DNA of 64,000 nucleotides from Gammaproteobacteria bacterium (GCA_965222155.1 CBDCTH010000012.1:2400001-2464000), one strand, 5' to 3'; counted from the stretch's first letter, positions 50,669 through 61,306 are shown. Made by a program: numbers and translations. Notes: generated from the letters alone by a model not told the origin.

Positions 50669-53308
50669 TTAGAAGGCGCGGTTGTAGCGCAGCAATAATG
50701 CAAAATCGTGTTGTCCGCGGGTGTGCCCTGCATGGCGGGTGACAAGTGTTGCCAAGTGGGCCTGTCCGCCTTTCCAAGGCCGGCTATAGGCCAGCTCAAG
50801 GTCAAGCTGACGACCGGAGGGTTCCAGGTCGAGAGTGGTTTTTTCGATCCGTGCCTGCCTGTTCCGAGTCCGCCCCGATGCCCAATGGAACCGGGCGTGT
50901 CCCGACTCAACGCGCAGCGGCTGGGACAGTCTGAACGCCAGGCGGTCCTGCGTATAGCCGATGTCTTCGCCGATAATGCCGATAGCAAAAGTGCTGGTCC
51001 ACAGAGCGGAAGGGTCATGCAGCATTCCATGTTTTTGCATCCCGGTCCGGCTGACGCCCGCATGGACGTTGCCAAGGACGGTCCAGTGAGCGCCGAGCCG
51101 ACGATACGCCGAGAACCCCGTAAAGACCGTATCGGCGTTCAGTTCGCCGAATGCGCCGCTTGGTCGACTGCCGGCCAGACGGTTTGGTTCCATCAACCAA
51201 CCTGCCTGAATGGCGACCCCGGACAGCATGCTGTCAGCTAACCGGTATTCAGCCAGTGTGCCGGTAGACTGACTGGAGTCGATATCGCGACGTTCGCCGT
51301 ATTGCGCAGCGCCGTGAAACGCCGCAACACTGAGTGCGCCTTTACCTATTGGCATTGCGATACCCGCGGCCGCGCCGTTGCGGGCGAACGTAAGGAAGGG
51401 ATTGGTAAAGGCTGCATCGTCGGTAAATGTCCCCGGAGTAATCGAGCCGGTGGCATGAAGCCCGAAACGCCAACCAGGATGGCTGCGCAGCCCGAAGAAG
51501 ATTTCGTTGCCTCCGGCATGGCGAGTCAAGGACAATGAAGCGAGTCGGGATTCAATTGTATCGTATCCAGGTCCTCGGAGAGTATAGCTGTGAAGACCGG
51601 TTATTTCAGCGTTAGCTCCTGCTGAAATCCCTGATGGGATTAAGCCGTAATGGCGCCGACCCGACACAGGTTCAAGGCGCACCCGTAGTTCAAGGCCCTG
51701 TGTGTTCCACGCGCCGCCGCGCGGATCATTGCCCAACACCCAGAGGCGTTCTTCGAGGCGTGCGCCGGCGCTCGCGTTCGGTTGGATGTAATCATTGAGC
51801 GGACGGAAGAACGGCGCATCCAGTTCATCGAAGCTCGCTATCTCACTGGAGGCAAGCCCGTGAGAGAGCGCATCGCCGAAGGCTGGGCCAAGAGAGACGG
51901 TGCTGAGACTGCCCGGGGCTGAAGGTCCGGAAAGCGATTGACCGGTCAGCATGCGCGTGTCACCGACCGGCCGGGTGGCGCTGTCAAGGTCAAGAAATCC
52001 TTGACCATAGACGTCTGAGTCTGCATAGATCCCTTCCTTATTGGCGGTTTCCAGCATGCGCCTGACGATCTCATCGTTACCGAGTTGGTCGCGGTAGTAC
52101 TGGGCAAGCAAGGCAACCCCGCCGGTGACGACAGGCGCGGCAAGAGAGGTGCCGGACGCGCTGGCGTAACAGTCTCCGGAACCGGTTGGACAGTAGGTGT
52201 AGGGTAAGGGCCCTGTGAGTTCTACGCCCGGCGCAGCCAGGCAGAATTCCTTGGCAATGCCGCAACGGCTGGAGAAACTCGCAATCTCGCCGTTCTGATC
52301 AGTTGCGACCACGGCAACAGAGTGGCCGCGCAGTTCAGGGATACGGACAGGGAGCCCAGCCACGATCTCGACTGAGGTGGCAGGCTCAATGGCTCCGTCA
52401 AAGTGTACTTCGCCGCGAGCATTGCCTGCCGCCCACACATAGATGGTGCGTTCACTGGCCGGGGTAGCCGCTTGGACAATAGCCTCAAGGGAGCGAGGCA
52501 AAGCGCCGCGGATCTCGGTTTCACTGTAATCCTCGATGTTCCCGAAAAAACCAAAGCTCAGGTTGATGGCTGTGACACTGGGGTTTAACCGGTTGGAAAT
52601 CTCCGCAAACTCCTGGTCTGTTGACGTCAGGGAACCGGGCCGGCTCAGGTCAATGGGATCATAGTAATCGGGGGGCTCGCTGAAGGGGATACCCACCGAG
52701 ATCAGCTTGGCGTCGAATGCAATTCCGTGAACGGCAAATTCACTTCCGGTTCCATTGGTGGTGTCTGTTTGTCGGTTCGCCGCCATGACTCCCCCCACCA
52801 GGGTACCATGGGACGGCGGTCCTCCCTCGAACGAGCAGGAGCCGTCCGGCTCGCGCATAGCGCAAAAGCTGTAGTCCGGGTTGTAACCGGTAATATTGTA
52901 GGATTCGGGAAGCACCTTCCCGTCGAACTTTGTATGGCCGGCGTCAATCCCGCTGTCAATGATGCCTATAGTAACGCCTTCACCTGTTGCGCCGCGGGCA
53001 TAGGCGTAGTGGGCGTTAACCTGTTCCAGCGCGGGCTGGTTGCGAAATTCCGGGTGTGCGGCATATTCCTGCCGCAGTTCACTTTCAGATTCAACAGGAT
53101 CAGTCGTGACCGGCGGCGGTTCGGGAGTGGCTGGTGGAGGTTGGGGTCTGACTCCTCCTCCACCACCTCCGCAACCGGCGATAAGGAACGCTAAACCGAC
53201 GATGGACGCAAGACGCTTCGCTGTGTCTGTAATGAAATTTCTCCGTTTTTTTAGATAGCCGGTGAATGTGTATAGGAGACGGAGCTTCAATAGTAGGAAT
53301 AATATCAA
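50669..53308 (-). CDS. S8 subtilase with an autotransporter-like beta domain
   Basis: Catalytic triad IIDSG / SHGT / SGTSLAAP, lipoprotein-like IAGCGGGG and C-terminal beta-strands ending in F. Start uncertain. Confidence 0.85.
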   Translation of the reverse strand: MILFLLLKLRLLYTFTGYLKKRRNFITDTAKRLASIVGLAFLIAGCGGGGGGVRPQPPPATPEPPPVTTDPVESESELRQEYAAHPEFRNQPALEQVNAHYAYARGATGEGVTIGIIDSGIDAGHTKFDGKVLPESYNITGYNPDYSFCAMREPDGSCSFEGGPPSHGTLVGGVMAANRQTDTTNGTGSEFAVHGIAFDAKLISVGIPFSEPPDYYDPIDLSRPGSLTSTDQEFAEISNRLNPSVTAINLSFGFFGNIEDYSETEIRGALPRSLEAIVQAATPASERTIYVWAAGNARGEVHFDGAIEPATSVEIVAGLPVRIPELRGHSVAVVATDQNGEIASFSSRCGIAKEFCLAAPGVELTGPLPYTYCPTGSGDCYASASGTSLAAPVVTGGVALLAQYYRDQLGNDEIVRRMLETANKEGIYADSDVYGQGFLDLDSATRPVGDTRMLTGQSLSGPSAPGSLSTVSLGPAFGDALSHGLASSEIASFDELDAPFFRPLNDYIQPNASAGARLEERLWVLGNDPRGGAWNTQGLELRVRLEPVSGRRHYGLIPSGISAGANAEITGLHSYTLRGPGYDTIESRLASLSLTRHAGGNEIFFGLRSHPGWRFGLHATGSITPGTFTDDAAFTNPFLTFARNGAAAGIAMPIGKGALSVAAFHGAAQYGERRDIDSSQSTGTLAEYRLADSMLSGVAIQAGWLMEPNRLAGSRPSGAFGELNADTVFTGFSAYRRLGAHWTVLGNVHAGVSRTGMQKHGMLHDPSALWTSTFAIGIIGEDIGYTQDRLAFRLSQPLRVESGHARFHWASGRTRNRQARIEKTTLDLEPSGRQLDLELAYSRPWKGGQAHLATLVTRHAGHTRGQHDFALLLRYNRAF

Positions 53309-53420
53309 CTTTCCGCAAAATAATCGATCTGTCTGGTGCTGGATGACTAAGGCGATAAGGTGATGGCAAAAGCAATTATAATTTGGCAGTATCTACAATA
53401 AAACTTCGAGGAGGTCTCTT

Positions 53421-54017
53421 ATGGCTATTATCAAACCATTGCAACGCGAGCAAGCGCCGGAACTGGAAGAGCACTTTGCCGTGTGGGATGAGCGCATGGG
53501 TTACCTGCCGAACGCCCTGATGACGATGGCGCGTAAACCAAAAATGGTGCAGGCGCTGGCACAGCTTTCCGAAGTCGTGCATAACGATTGCAGCCTGCCG
53601 ACCGATATTCGCGGGCTGGTGGGGCAGATGGCCAGCAAAGTACACGGTTGCCAGTATTGTCTTGCCCATACGGCAGCCAACTCAGAACGTTACGGCGTTG
53701 CGGATGAAAAGATTGAGCGTTTATGGGAATTTGAAACCAGCGAACTGTTCAGCGCGGCCGAGCGTGCGGCGCTACGTTTCGCCGCCGCCGCTGCCTCGGT
53801 GCCCAATGCCGTCGATGATGACCTCGCTGCTGATCTCAAACGTCATTTCAACGACGCGGAAATAGTCGAAATCATGGGCATCATCGTCTACTACGGCTGG
53901 TGGAACCGCTGGAACTCCTCACTGGCGACAACGCTTGAAGCGCATCCGCGTGAATACGCAGAACAGCATTTTGACGAGACGCAATGGCATATCGGTAAGC
54001 ATTTTCAGCGTGGATAA
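53421..54017 (+). CDS. AhpD/carboxymuconolactone decarboxylase family protein
   Basis: GCQYCLAH and FSAAERAALRFA. Confidence 0.85.
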   Translation: MAIIKPLQREQAPELEEHFAVWDERMGYLPNALMTMARKPKMVQALAQLSEVVHNDCSLPTDIRGLVGQMASKVHGCQYCLAHTAANSERYGVADEKIERLWEFETSELFSAAERAALRFAAAAASVPNAVDDDLAADLKRHFNDAEIVEIMGIIVYYGWWNRWNSSLATTLEAHPREYAEQHFDETQWHIGKHFQRG

Positions 54018-55504
54018 AAAGGTGGGATCTTGGCATCGTAGTTGATCCAGACTGCTTTAGCTGAGGTATATTCCTGCAGACATTCGATGCCCATGTCCCT
54101 GCCGTAGCCGGATTCACCAACGCCACCAAAGGGGGAAGCAGGATGGACTCGTTTGTAACAATTCACCCAGACCATGCCGGCATTGATACCATCAGAGAAC
54201 TTATGGGCGCGTTGCAGGTTGTTGGTCCACAGTCCGCTGCCTAAACCATAATCGGTGGCATTCGCCAACTCCAGCGCCTCAGCGTCATCCTTGAAGCGGG
54301 TGACTGTTACAAATGGGCCGAACACCTCCTGCTGAAAAACCGTGTCGCCGGGTTTTGCCTCGACTATTGTCGGTTTCAGGTAGTAACCGTTTTTCAATTC
54401 CTCATGATCAGGCTGCTCGCCGCCGGTCAGTATTTTATTGCCTTCCATTTTACATACGTCGATGTAATTTAGTACCCGGTCCAGGTGCATTTTAGACGTG
54501 AGCGGCCCCATCTCGGTTTCAGTGTCCAGCGGATTTCCTAGTTTGATGGATTCTGCGAGCCCAATAAATTTTTCCAGGAACTCATCGGCAATTGCCTCGT
54601 GTAACAACAAGCGCGAACCGGCAATACAGGCCTGTCCCTGGTTGTGAAAGATGGCAAACGCCGACCCGCCGATGGCAGCGGGAAGCGTTGCGTCTTCAAA
54701 GACTATGTTGGGGCCTTTGCCTCCCATCTCCAACGATACGCGCTTCAGGTTACCCGCGGAGGCTTGAACGATCTTGCGACCGGTCGCCGTGGAACCGGTA
54801 AAGGCAATCTTGTTAACGTCAGTATGTTCGGCAAGGTGCTGGCCGGTGATATGACCGTACCCCGGGACGATATTCACAACTCCCGGCGGGAAACCGACTT
54901 CATTCATGAGGTCAACCAGTCTCAGCGTCGACAGGGGTGTGAGCTCAGACGGTTTCATCACTACGGTATTGCCGGCGGCCAGTGCAGGCCCCAACTTCCA
55001 ACTGCAAAACATGATAGGAAAGTTCCAGGGGACGATCTGTCCTACCACGCCGACCGGTTTGCGCTTGACGATACTCAGGAAACCCGGTTCTACCGGGACT
55101 TCCCGGCCGTCTATCTTATCTGCAATGCCGCCGAAGTAACGCAGGTTGAGCAAAGTCCGCGGCAGGTCCAGACGCCGGGTATCTTTCAGGGGGTGGCCGG
55201 TGTCCAGGCTTTCCAGTTCGGCAAACTCGTCAAAATGCTGCTCCAGTTTATCGGCCAGTTTCATAATAAGCTGTCCGCGTTCTGATGCGAACATATTACT
55301 CCAGTCGTGGAATGCAGCCCGGGCAGCGGCGACCGCCTTATCGACGTCCACCGGTTTTGCCTCAGCGATAGCGGTGATTTTACTGCCGTCATGGGGGTTG
55401 AGGACATCAATCGTGCTGCCGTCCTCGGCATCGACAAACTCACCGTTGATGAACATTTGATTGCGGATGTTTTCAGGTTGTATGGTGCGGACTTTATCAA
55501 GCAT
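54005..55504 (-). CDS. Aldehyde dehydrogenase
   Basis: VPWNFP, FTGST, LEMGGK, NQGQACIAGSR and EVFGP. Confidence 0.95.
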   Translation of the reverse strand: MLDKVRTIQPENIRNQMFINGEFVDAEDGSTIDVLNPHDGSKITAIAEAKPVDVDKAVAAARAAFHDWSNMFASERGQLIMKLADKLEQHFDEFAELESLDTGHPLKDTRRLDLPRTLLNLRYFGGIADKIDGREVPVEPGFLSIVKRKPVGVVGQIVPWNFPIMFCSWKLGPALAAGNTVVMKPSELTPLSTLRLVDLMNEVGFPPGVVNIVPGYGHITGQHLAEHTDVNKIAFTGSTATGRKIVQASAGNLKRVSLEMGGKGPNIVFEDATLPAAIGGSAFAIFHNQGQACIAGSRLLLHEAIADEFLEKFIGLAESIKLGNPLDTETEMGPLTSKMHLDRVLNYIDVCKMEGNKILTGGEQPDHEELKNGYYLKPTIVEAKPGDTVFQQEVFGPFVTVTRFKDDAEALELANATDYGLGSGLWTNNLQRAHKFSDGINAGMVWVNCYKRVHPASPFGGVGESGYGRDMGIECLQEYTSAKAVWINYDAKIPPFYPR

Positions 55505-55550
55505 GGTCGCATTCCTTGTTTTTTGTGCTCATGGATTTTTTATAATACCT

Positions 55551-56883
55551 CACTAGTGTCCGGAATATTAATCGAATAAATTCAATTGGTTAGAGAACGT
55601 GTCATAATTCATGTCAGTCTCATAATCGCTAAGTAGTTGATTTAGGGGCATTCTTTCGAACAGTGTCACACTTAAAATTTGTAGAATTGTGTACAGGCTG
55701 CGCTCGCAGTTCAGACGCTTCTTGATGATCGCAACCAACACGTAGATGGAGACAGCTATCCAGATCTGCGTTTTCACAGCATTCTCTGAGGTGCCGAAGA
55801 ACGTTTTGATGCGCAAGTGTTGTTTGATCCATTTGAAAAACAATTCGACCTGCCACCGGCACCGATATAAGTCGGCGATAGTGGCGGCCGGTAAGGTAAA
55901 GTTGTTGGTGAGAAACACCAGTGTTTTGTGGGTGTTCACATCGTGATACTTGATGCGGCGCAGTGTGTCGGGATAGCGCTGAGCGGAGTGGCGGCCGGTC
56001 AGCACACCGGTTTGGTCGTAACGTAGTCCGGTGGTCTTGTCGACCTGATGGGAGTAGCGGCGGCGAAACTTGAGGTTGGATTTAGCCCGGATAACGAAGA
56101 AGGCCGAGGCCATGGTCAATCCATGCAGTCGCTCGAAGTCGAGGTAGGCGCGGTCCATGATATAGAAGGCGCCGGGCGCCGGCAGCAAGGTATCGAGCAC
56201 CTTGACATCGTGCAGTTTGCCCGGTGAGACATGGATAAACGTGGGAATATTGCCACGCAGGTCCAGTAATGTATGCACTTTTACCGCGGCCTTGGTACGC
56301 CGAAAGTGCGCCCAGGGGAACACGGAGAGACACAGGTCGATGGGGGTAGAATCGAGCGCATAGACCGTGTTGTCGAGTTCGACGCCGAACTGGTCGTTGA
56401 GATACAGGTGTCGTGCGGTGTGTATCAAGGCGTGGGCAAACTCGGCGTAGATGCGCCAGTCGCGTGTCTCGTTGGCGTCGGCCAAGGTGCTGCGGGACAC
56501 TGTGCTGCGCAGGCCCATATGATAGAGTTTGTTGCGCTGGGCGCGCAGGCAGGCTTCGATATCGCGCAGACTTTCGCGATGGGTGAGTTGCGCAAAGGCC
56601 ATACATCGATACTGGTCCTGACAACTGAACCGCTTGACGTGACGATGGCCATGGTAGCGTTGAATACAGCGACGCAAGGTATGGTGTGGCAGGTGTTCGA
56701 GTGTTTGTGCAAAGACCAATTTGCCGTTGTACATGTGCGTGTGCTCCCATCTTGTTACTTGATGGAAGAGCTTGAAACAAACGGGGCAGGCAGTTCAAGT
56801 CGGTGACACCCATAATGAGAGGATTTTATAATGAATGACAGTAAGTTAGCTTTTATCTTCGTCGAATATTCCGGACACTAGTG
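55551..56883 (-). mobile_element. IS4-family insertion sequence, intact
   Basis: Perfect 19-bp IRs CACTAGTGTCCGGAATATT and a 9-bp TSD ATAATACCT (55542-55550, 56884-56892). Confidence 0.95.
55568..56734 (-). CDS. IS4 transposase
   Basis: ALDST, MDRAY and YRCRWQVELFFK (YREK motif). Confidence 0.93.
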   Translation of the reverse strand: MYNGKLVFAQTLEHLPHHTLRRCIQRYHGHRHVKRFSCQDQYRCMAFAQLTHRESLRDIEACLRAQRNKLYHMGLRSTVSRSTLADANETRDWRIYAEFAHALIHTARHLYLNDQFGVELDNTVYALDSTPIDLCLSVFPWAHFRRTKAAVKVHTLLDLRGNIPTFIHVSPGKLHDVKVLDTLLPAPGAFYIMDRAYLDFERLHGLTMASAFFVIRAKSNLKFRRRYSHQVDKTTGLRYDQTGVLTGRHSAQRYPDTLRRIKYHDVNTHKTLVFLTNNFTLPAATIADLYRCRWQVELFFKWIKQHLRIKTFFGTSENAVKTQIWIAVSIYVLVAIIKKRLNCERSLYTILQILSVTLFERMPLNQLLSDYETDMNYDTFSNQLNLFD

Positions 56884-57029
56884 ATAATACCTATATTATA
56901 TGACAATATTGATCTCTACTCCGCAACAGGAGCGTACAAAAGCGTGAATATTTAGTCAGGATTGGCAGACCTGTTGAATGAAACGTTTAGTTAGGTAACA
57001 AGCATCAGGAGAGAAGCGGTATTTCGAAG

Positions 57030-58709
57030 GTGAACCGATATTCAGTGCTGATAATTGGAGGAGGACCGTGTGGCCTGATGCTGGCCAACGAACTCGGGCG
57101 ACGTGGGATCAGTGCCTTACTCATTGATGAGAAATCTTCCACAGCCTTCAATCCACAGGCCAATGCCACCCAGGCGCGCACCATGGAACACTTCCGGCGG
57201 CACGGTTTTGCCGATGAGGTGCGCGCCCTTGGCCTGCCTGCGGATTATCCGACCGATATTGCTTACTTCACCCGCTTCGCACGCTACGAACTGGCGCGCT
57301 TTTCATTACCTTCGTCCGCTGCTGCCAAGTCGCATATCCAGACCTTGACAGGGTCCTGGAGCGCCGCTGAATTACCCCATCGAGTGTCTCAGAAATGGGT
57401 AGAACAGGTCCTGTACAAGCACGCCATCGCTTGCACGAGCAACACGATTCGCTTCAGCCACCGTCTGCTCAGTTTTGAACAGCAGACTGACGGAGTCAGT
57501 GCATTGATAGAGGATATGGAGAACGGGACGACATTCATGGTACACACCGATTACCTGGTCGGCGCCGATGGCGCGCGCAGCCTGGTACGCCAATCACTCG
57601 GTTACTATTACGCCGGCGAAGGCGGCGCGGTAAGGGAATTTATGGGTGGTCGCATGCATGCCATGTACATCCGTGTACCCGACTTCTATTCCGTGTCGGG
57701 TCATGCGCCCGCCTGGATGAACGTGACTTTCAACCGTGACCGGCGCGCATTTATGGCCGCGGTTGACGGTAAAAGTGAATTTGCATTTCATACGCAACTA
57801 CGGGCGGAGGAAGATGAAACAAGATTGAGCGACGCGGATGCCATTGATATGTTCCAAGCCGCATTGGGTGCGTCGGTCGATGTCGAAGTCCTCTCCCGCG
57901 GCACCTGGCGAGCCGGTTTTACCCTGGTTGTCGAACGCATGCAATGCGGTCGTATATTCCTGGGCGGTGATGCCGCTCACCTGTTCACGCCGACCGGCGG
58001 GCTCGGTTACAATACCGCCATCGAGGACGCGGTAAACCTGGGATGGAAGCTGGCGGCAGTGGTTCGAGGCGTTGCGCCCCGTTCACTTTTGGATAGCTAT
58101 GAACCGGAGCGTCGCCCGGCGGCAGTTCGTAACACGAACTTCGCCCGGCAGCTTGCCGATTCGCTTGGCGCAAACGTCGCTCCAATGGAGTTGGAAGAAG
58201 ACTCTCTCGCAGGCGCTGAAGCTCGCGCTAAGGCAGGAGAGTACTTCAACCGGCATGCGCGCAAGGAATTCAACATTCCCGGTATTACCTTCGGGTACCG
58301 CTATGACGGCTCCCCGATTATCGTTGCCGACGGTGTGCCGCCTCCGGACCAGGCCAACGTTTATATCCCGACCTCCTGTCCCGGTGGCCGCGCGCCGCAT
58401 TTGTGGCTCGGTGAAGACCACTCGCTCTATGATGAGTTCGGTTTCGAATGGACACTCCTGCGTCTCGGACCCAAACCGCCCTCGACCGGGCGGATCAAAG
58501 CGGATTTTGCTGAGGCGGGCCTCGAACTCAAGGTCCTTGATGTGACGAGCGAAATGGCTCGCGATATTTATGAGACTGACCTGGCTTTAATCAGGCCGGA
58601 CCAGGTTGTGGCATTTCGCGGGCAGGATATCAGTGATGCCCGGGCGCTGCTTGCCAAAGTCAGCGGGCATATTCAACGACCAGATGATGCTATGGCTACA
58701 ATTGGCTAG
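57030..58709 (+). CDS. FAD-dependent aromatic monooxygenase (PHBH/PheA-TfdB type)
   Basis: IGGGPCG, GADGARS, GDAAH...TGGLGYN and a C-terminal LIRPDQ. Confidence 0.9.
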   Translation: MNRYSVLIIGGGPCGLMLANELGRRGISALLIDEKSSTAFNPQANATQARTMEHFRRHGFADEVRALGLPADYPTDIAYFTRFARYELARFSLPSSAAAKSHIQTLTGSWSAAELPHRVSQKWVEQVLYKHAIACTSNTIRFSHRLLSFEQQTDGVSALIEDMENGTTFMVHTDYLVGADGARSLVRQSLGYYYAGEGGAVREFMGGRMHAMYIRVPDFYSVSGHAPAWMNVTFNRDRRAFMAAVDGKSEFAFHTQLRAEEDETRLSDADAIDMFQAALGASVDVEVLSRGTWRAGFTLVVERMQCGRIFLGGDAAHLFTPTGGLGYNTAIEDAVNLGWKLAAVVRGVAPRSLLDSYEPERRPAAVRNTNFARQLADSLGANVAPMELEEDSLAGAEARAKAGEYFNRHARKEFNIPGITFGYRYDGSPIIVADGVPPPDQANVYIPTSCPGGRAPHLWLGEDHSLYDEFGFEWTLLRLGPKPPSTGRIKADFAEAGLELKVLDVTSEMARDIYETDLALIRPDQVVAFRGQDISDARALLAKVSGHIQRPDDAMATIG

Positions 58710-58721
58710 TACTCTTTCCAG

Positions 58722-59846
58722 TTAATTTTGACTGGTTAAGCTGTCATAGGCCCGGTGCAGTTTGGTCCGGGCCTTATCGACATCAAACAACCAGTTGATA
58801 CTGGCCCTCTCCTGGTTGCGTCGGGTCTCCCAAGCCGCCAGTTCCGATTCTAACAAGTCCATGCTGTCAATACGACGGTCCAGACATTGCCGGTTCATAT
58901 TACCAATCTCAATCTACACCATATTCAGCCAACTGGCGTGTTTAGGGGTGTAATGAAACGCCAGCTTGCGCAATAACCGCCGCGCCGCCGACGCCGGGAA
59001 TGCCCGGTACAGCGAAGCAGGCTGGTGTGTGTTCAAATTATCCAGCACCACCCGGACGCACTCGGCCTCCGGGTAATGCACGTCCACCAGTTCCCGCATC
59101 AACTCGGCAAAATCAGCCGCTTTCCTGGTGTGCGTCACCTTGGCATGACGCCAGCCACGATGCCGGTCAAAACACACAAAGATAGTCGCCACCCCCTTGC
59201 GCTCGTATTCATAATCCAGCTTACTCACCTGCCCCGGTGTCATCGGCCTGCCCGCCTGCACCTCCCCCACCAATTGCTTGCCCGCCTCATCCACGTTCAC
59301 CAGCGGCCTCTCAGGACAGGACGGCTCAGCATACACATCCAGACTATGCTCCATCTGGGCAATATACGCCGCATCCATCTGCCCCAAACACCACATCTTC
59401 TGCTGCCAGGGCTTGAGCTGATTCGCCTTCAACCGTTGCCGTATGCTCTCCAGGGATACCCCCTCCATATCCGTCAACGCCACCCAGCGCTCCGCCAACA
59501 ACGACAACGTCCAGCGACAATGCCCCGCCGGCGGGGTACTGCACGCAATCGATACCAGTAACGCATCCTCATGCGCCCCCGTCTTGCGCGGCCGACCCGG
59601 ACGAGACCCTTCCGACAACGCCGCGTCCAACCCGTACTCCACAAAATCCCGCTTCACCCGATACACCGTCGAGCTGCTCACCCCCAACGCCTCGACGATC
59701 TCCTCCTCACGCCGCACGCCGCCGTCCGCCAACAACAATATCTGCGCCCGCTTCAACGCCCGTACCCGTTGCCTCCCTTGGGATGTAAATGCCTCCAAAT
59801 AGTCCCGCTCCGCCGCCGTCAACAACACCCGATAGGTGATATGCAT
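58722..59846 (-). pseudogene. IS630 transposase with TAG at the catalytic Glu position
   Basis: VDEAGKQL, VLDNLNTH, then TPKHASWLNMV*IEIG. The frame continues to TAA at 58722. Confidence 0.88.
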
Positions 59847-59895
59847 GACTTAACCCCTCGTGATAAAAGGGATAATAGATCATAAAATACACACC

Positions 59896-60159
59896 ATGTC
59901 GATCCCTGACACGAATAAAAATATCCCCGCCTATACCTATCAGCAAGGCCAGTATCTCGCCTTCATCCACTACTACACCAAAGTCAACGGCAGACCGCCC
60001 GCACACGCCGATTTGCAACGTTACTTCCGGGTCTCGCCCCCCTCCGTCCACCGCATGTTGACCCATTTGCAGGATAAAGGACTCATTCACAAACAACCGG
60101 GGACGGCTCGCAGCTTGGCACTGGCTATACCCGTTGAACAACTGCCAGCGCTTGACTAA
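59896..60159 (+). CDS. Stand-alone LexA-N/MarR-like winged HTH protein inside IS630
   Basis: TYQQGQYLAFIHYY...NGRPP...FRVSPPSVHRML..LQDKGLIHKQPGTARSL resembles the LexA DNA-binding domain. No peptidase domain follows. Confidence 0.8.
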   Translation: MSIPDTNKNIPAYTYQQGQYLAFIHYYTKVNGRPPAHADLQRYFRVSPPSVHRMLTHLQDKGLIHKQPGTARSLALAIPVEQLPALD

Positions 60160-60213
60160 TGTTGAACCGTCAACTGATCAAAATTAACTGGAAACGGTAC
60201 TAGTCTGGCCCGG

Positions 60214-61275
60214 TTAACTGAACGCGAGCGTGAAGCGTTCTATGAACCAGAAGGCTGAAACGATACCAAGCGCATAACTGAATGCCAGGCCCGCTGGTCG
60301 TGTATCAAAAACAGAGAGTAACGAATGGTTCAGGCGGGAAACTGCCCCGATGCCGATAAAAACCAAGGCGATGATGACCAATTGACCGGTTTCCACACCA
60401 AGGTTAAAGAATAACAATGCGCTGATCTTTTCCGTCTGCGGCAACCCTGTTTCCGTCAGGGCAGCGGCAAAACCGGCCCCGTGTACCAGTCCGAAGCCAC
60501 AGGCGACCAGAAGCGGGCGGCGCCAAGTGAGCGTACTGCGGTCATTGCGGGCTATCTCGGTAGCAAGCATCACAATCGACAAGGCTATCACTGTCTCGAC
60601 GGCCGGCACCGATACCCGGACCACATCCAGCGCCACCAGAAACAGGGTGATGGAGTGGGCCAGGGTGAAGCCGGTGACTGTGATCAGAATCCGGCGCAGC
60701 GTACGGGCAATATACAGCAACCCGGCAAGGAACAGCAGGTGGTCTATCCCGCCGAATATATGTGTGACACCCAGCGCAAAATAATCCCTGACCACACTGA
60801 CAAAAGTCGCCGGCGCCGGAATGCGCCACTCCGTTTCACTGGGGTTGAGTATAACGCTGTGTGTTTCCCCGTTCCGGAACTCGATGCGTACCAGAGATGC
60901 TATGGACGGATTATAGAACGGGTAATCAATCACCAGGGAGTTTCCTGACACACCGTCAGCGCATGAATAAACTGCCGTGCCTGCCATGGGTTGCCGTACA
61001 GGTTTCTGTCGGGAGACATTGCAGGACGTGAGGGCAATCCGTGGCGCATTGTTCAGGTTCACGGAAGGGGGTGTTTTCCAGTTCACTATCACGGTGTCAC
61101 TGCCGGTTTCCAGAATACTGATGAAAAGCGGCCGGCTATCATGGGCAGTTACGGTGGGGCCACTCAAAAAAAACAGCGTGGTAAGGACAACCAGTAATGC
61201 CGTGCGAACCATCACTGCGGCACCGATTGTCTCTGCCCGGGTTTGGGCACATCTATGAGTTTTATTCAGGGACAA
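60214..61275 (-). CDS. HupE/UreJ family membrane protein
   Basis: GVTHIFGGIDHLLF, FTLAHSITL, FGLVHGAGFA and FNLGVETGQ. Start uncertain. Confidence 0.88.
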   Translation of the reverse strand: MSLNKTHRCAQTRAETIGAAVMVRTALLVVLTTLFFLSGPTVTAHDSRPLFISILETGSDTVIVNWKTPPSVNLNNAPRIALTSCNVSRQKPVRQPMAGTAVYSCADGVSGNSLVIDYPFYNPSIASLVRIEFRNGETHSVILNPSETEWRIPAPATFVSVVRDYFALGVTHIFGGIDHLLFLAGLLYIARTLRRILITVTGFTLAHSITLFLVALDVVRVSVPAVETVIALSIVMLATEIARNDRSTLTWRRPLLVACGFGLVHGAGFAAALTETGLPQTEKISALLFFNLGVETGQLVIIALVFIGIGAVSRLNHSLLSVFDTRPAGLAFSYALGIVSAFWFIERFTLAFS

Positions 61276-61306
61276 GGGTTATTATGGCTCTGCACAAGCC
61301 AGCATA

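Larger units (their letters stand above)
58709..60200 (-). mobile_element. IS630-family element carrying a passenger gene
   Basis: IRs GTACTCTTTCCAGTTAATTTTGA (58709-58731) and TCAAAATTAACTGGAAACGGTAC (60178-60200) match 21/23. TA flanks both ends. Confidence 0.9.

Noticed and set aside
3648-58916. Stop-codon reassignment (several in-frame TAG codons)
   Set aside because: The expected residues differ between sites (Glu, Trp, Gln), TGA and TAA interruptions also occur, and intact genes such as metK and the monooxygenase end in TAG.
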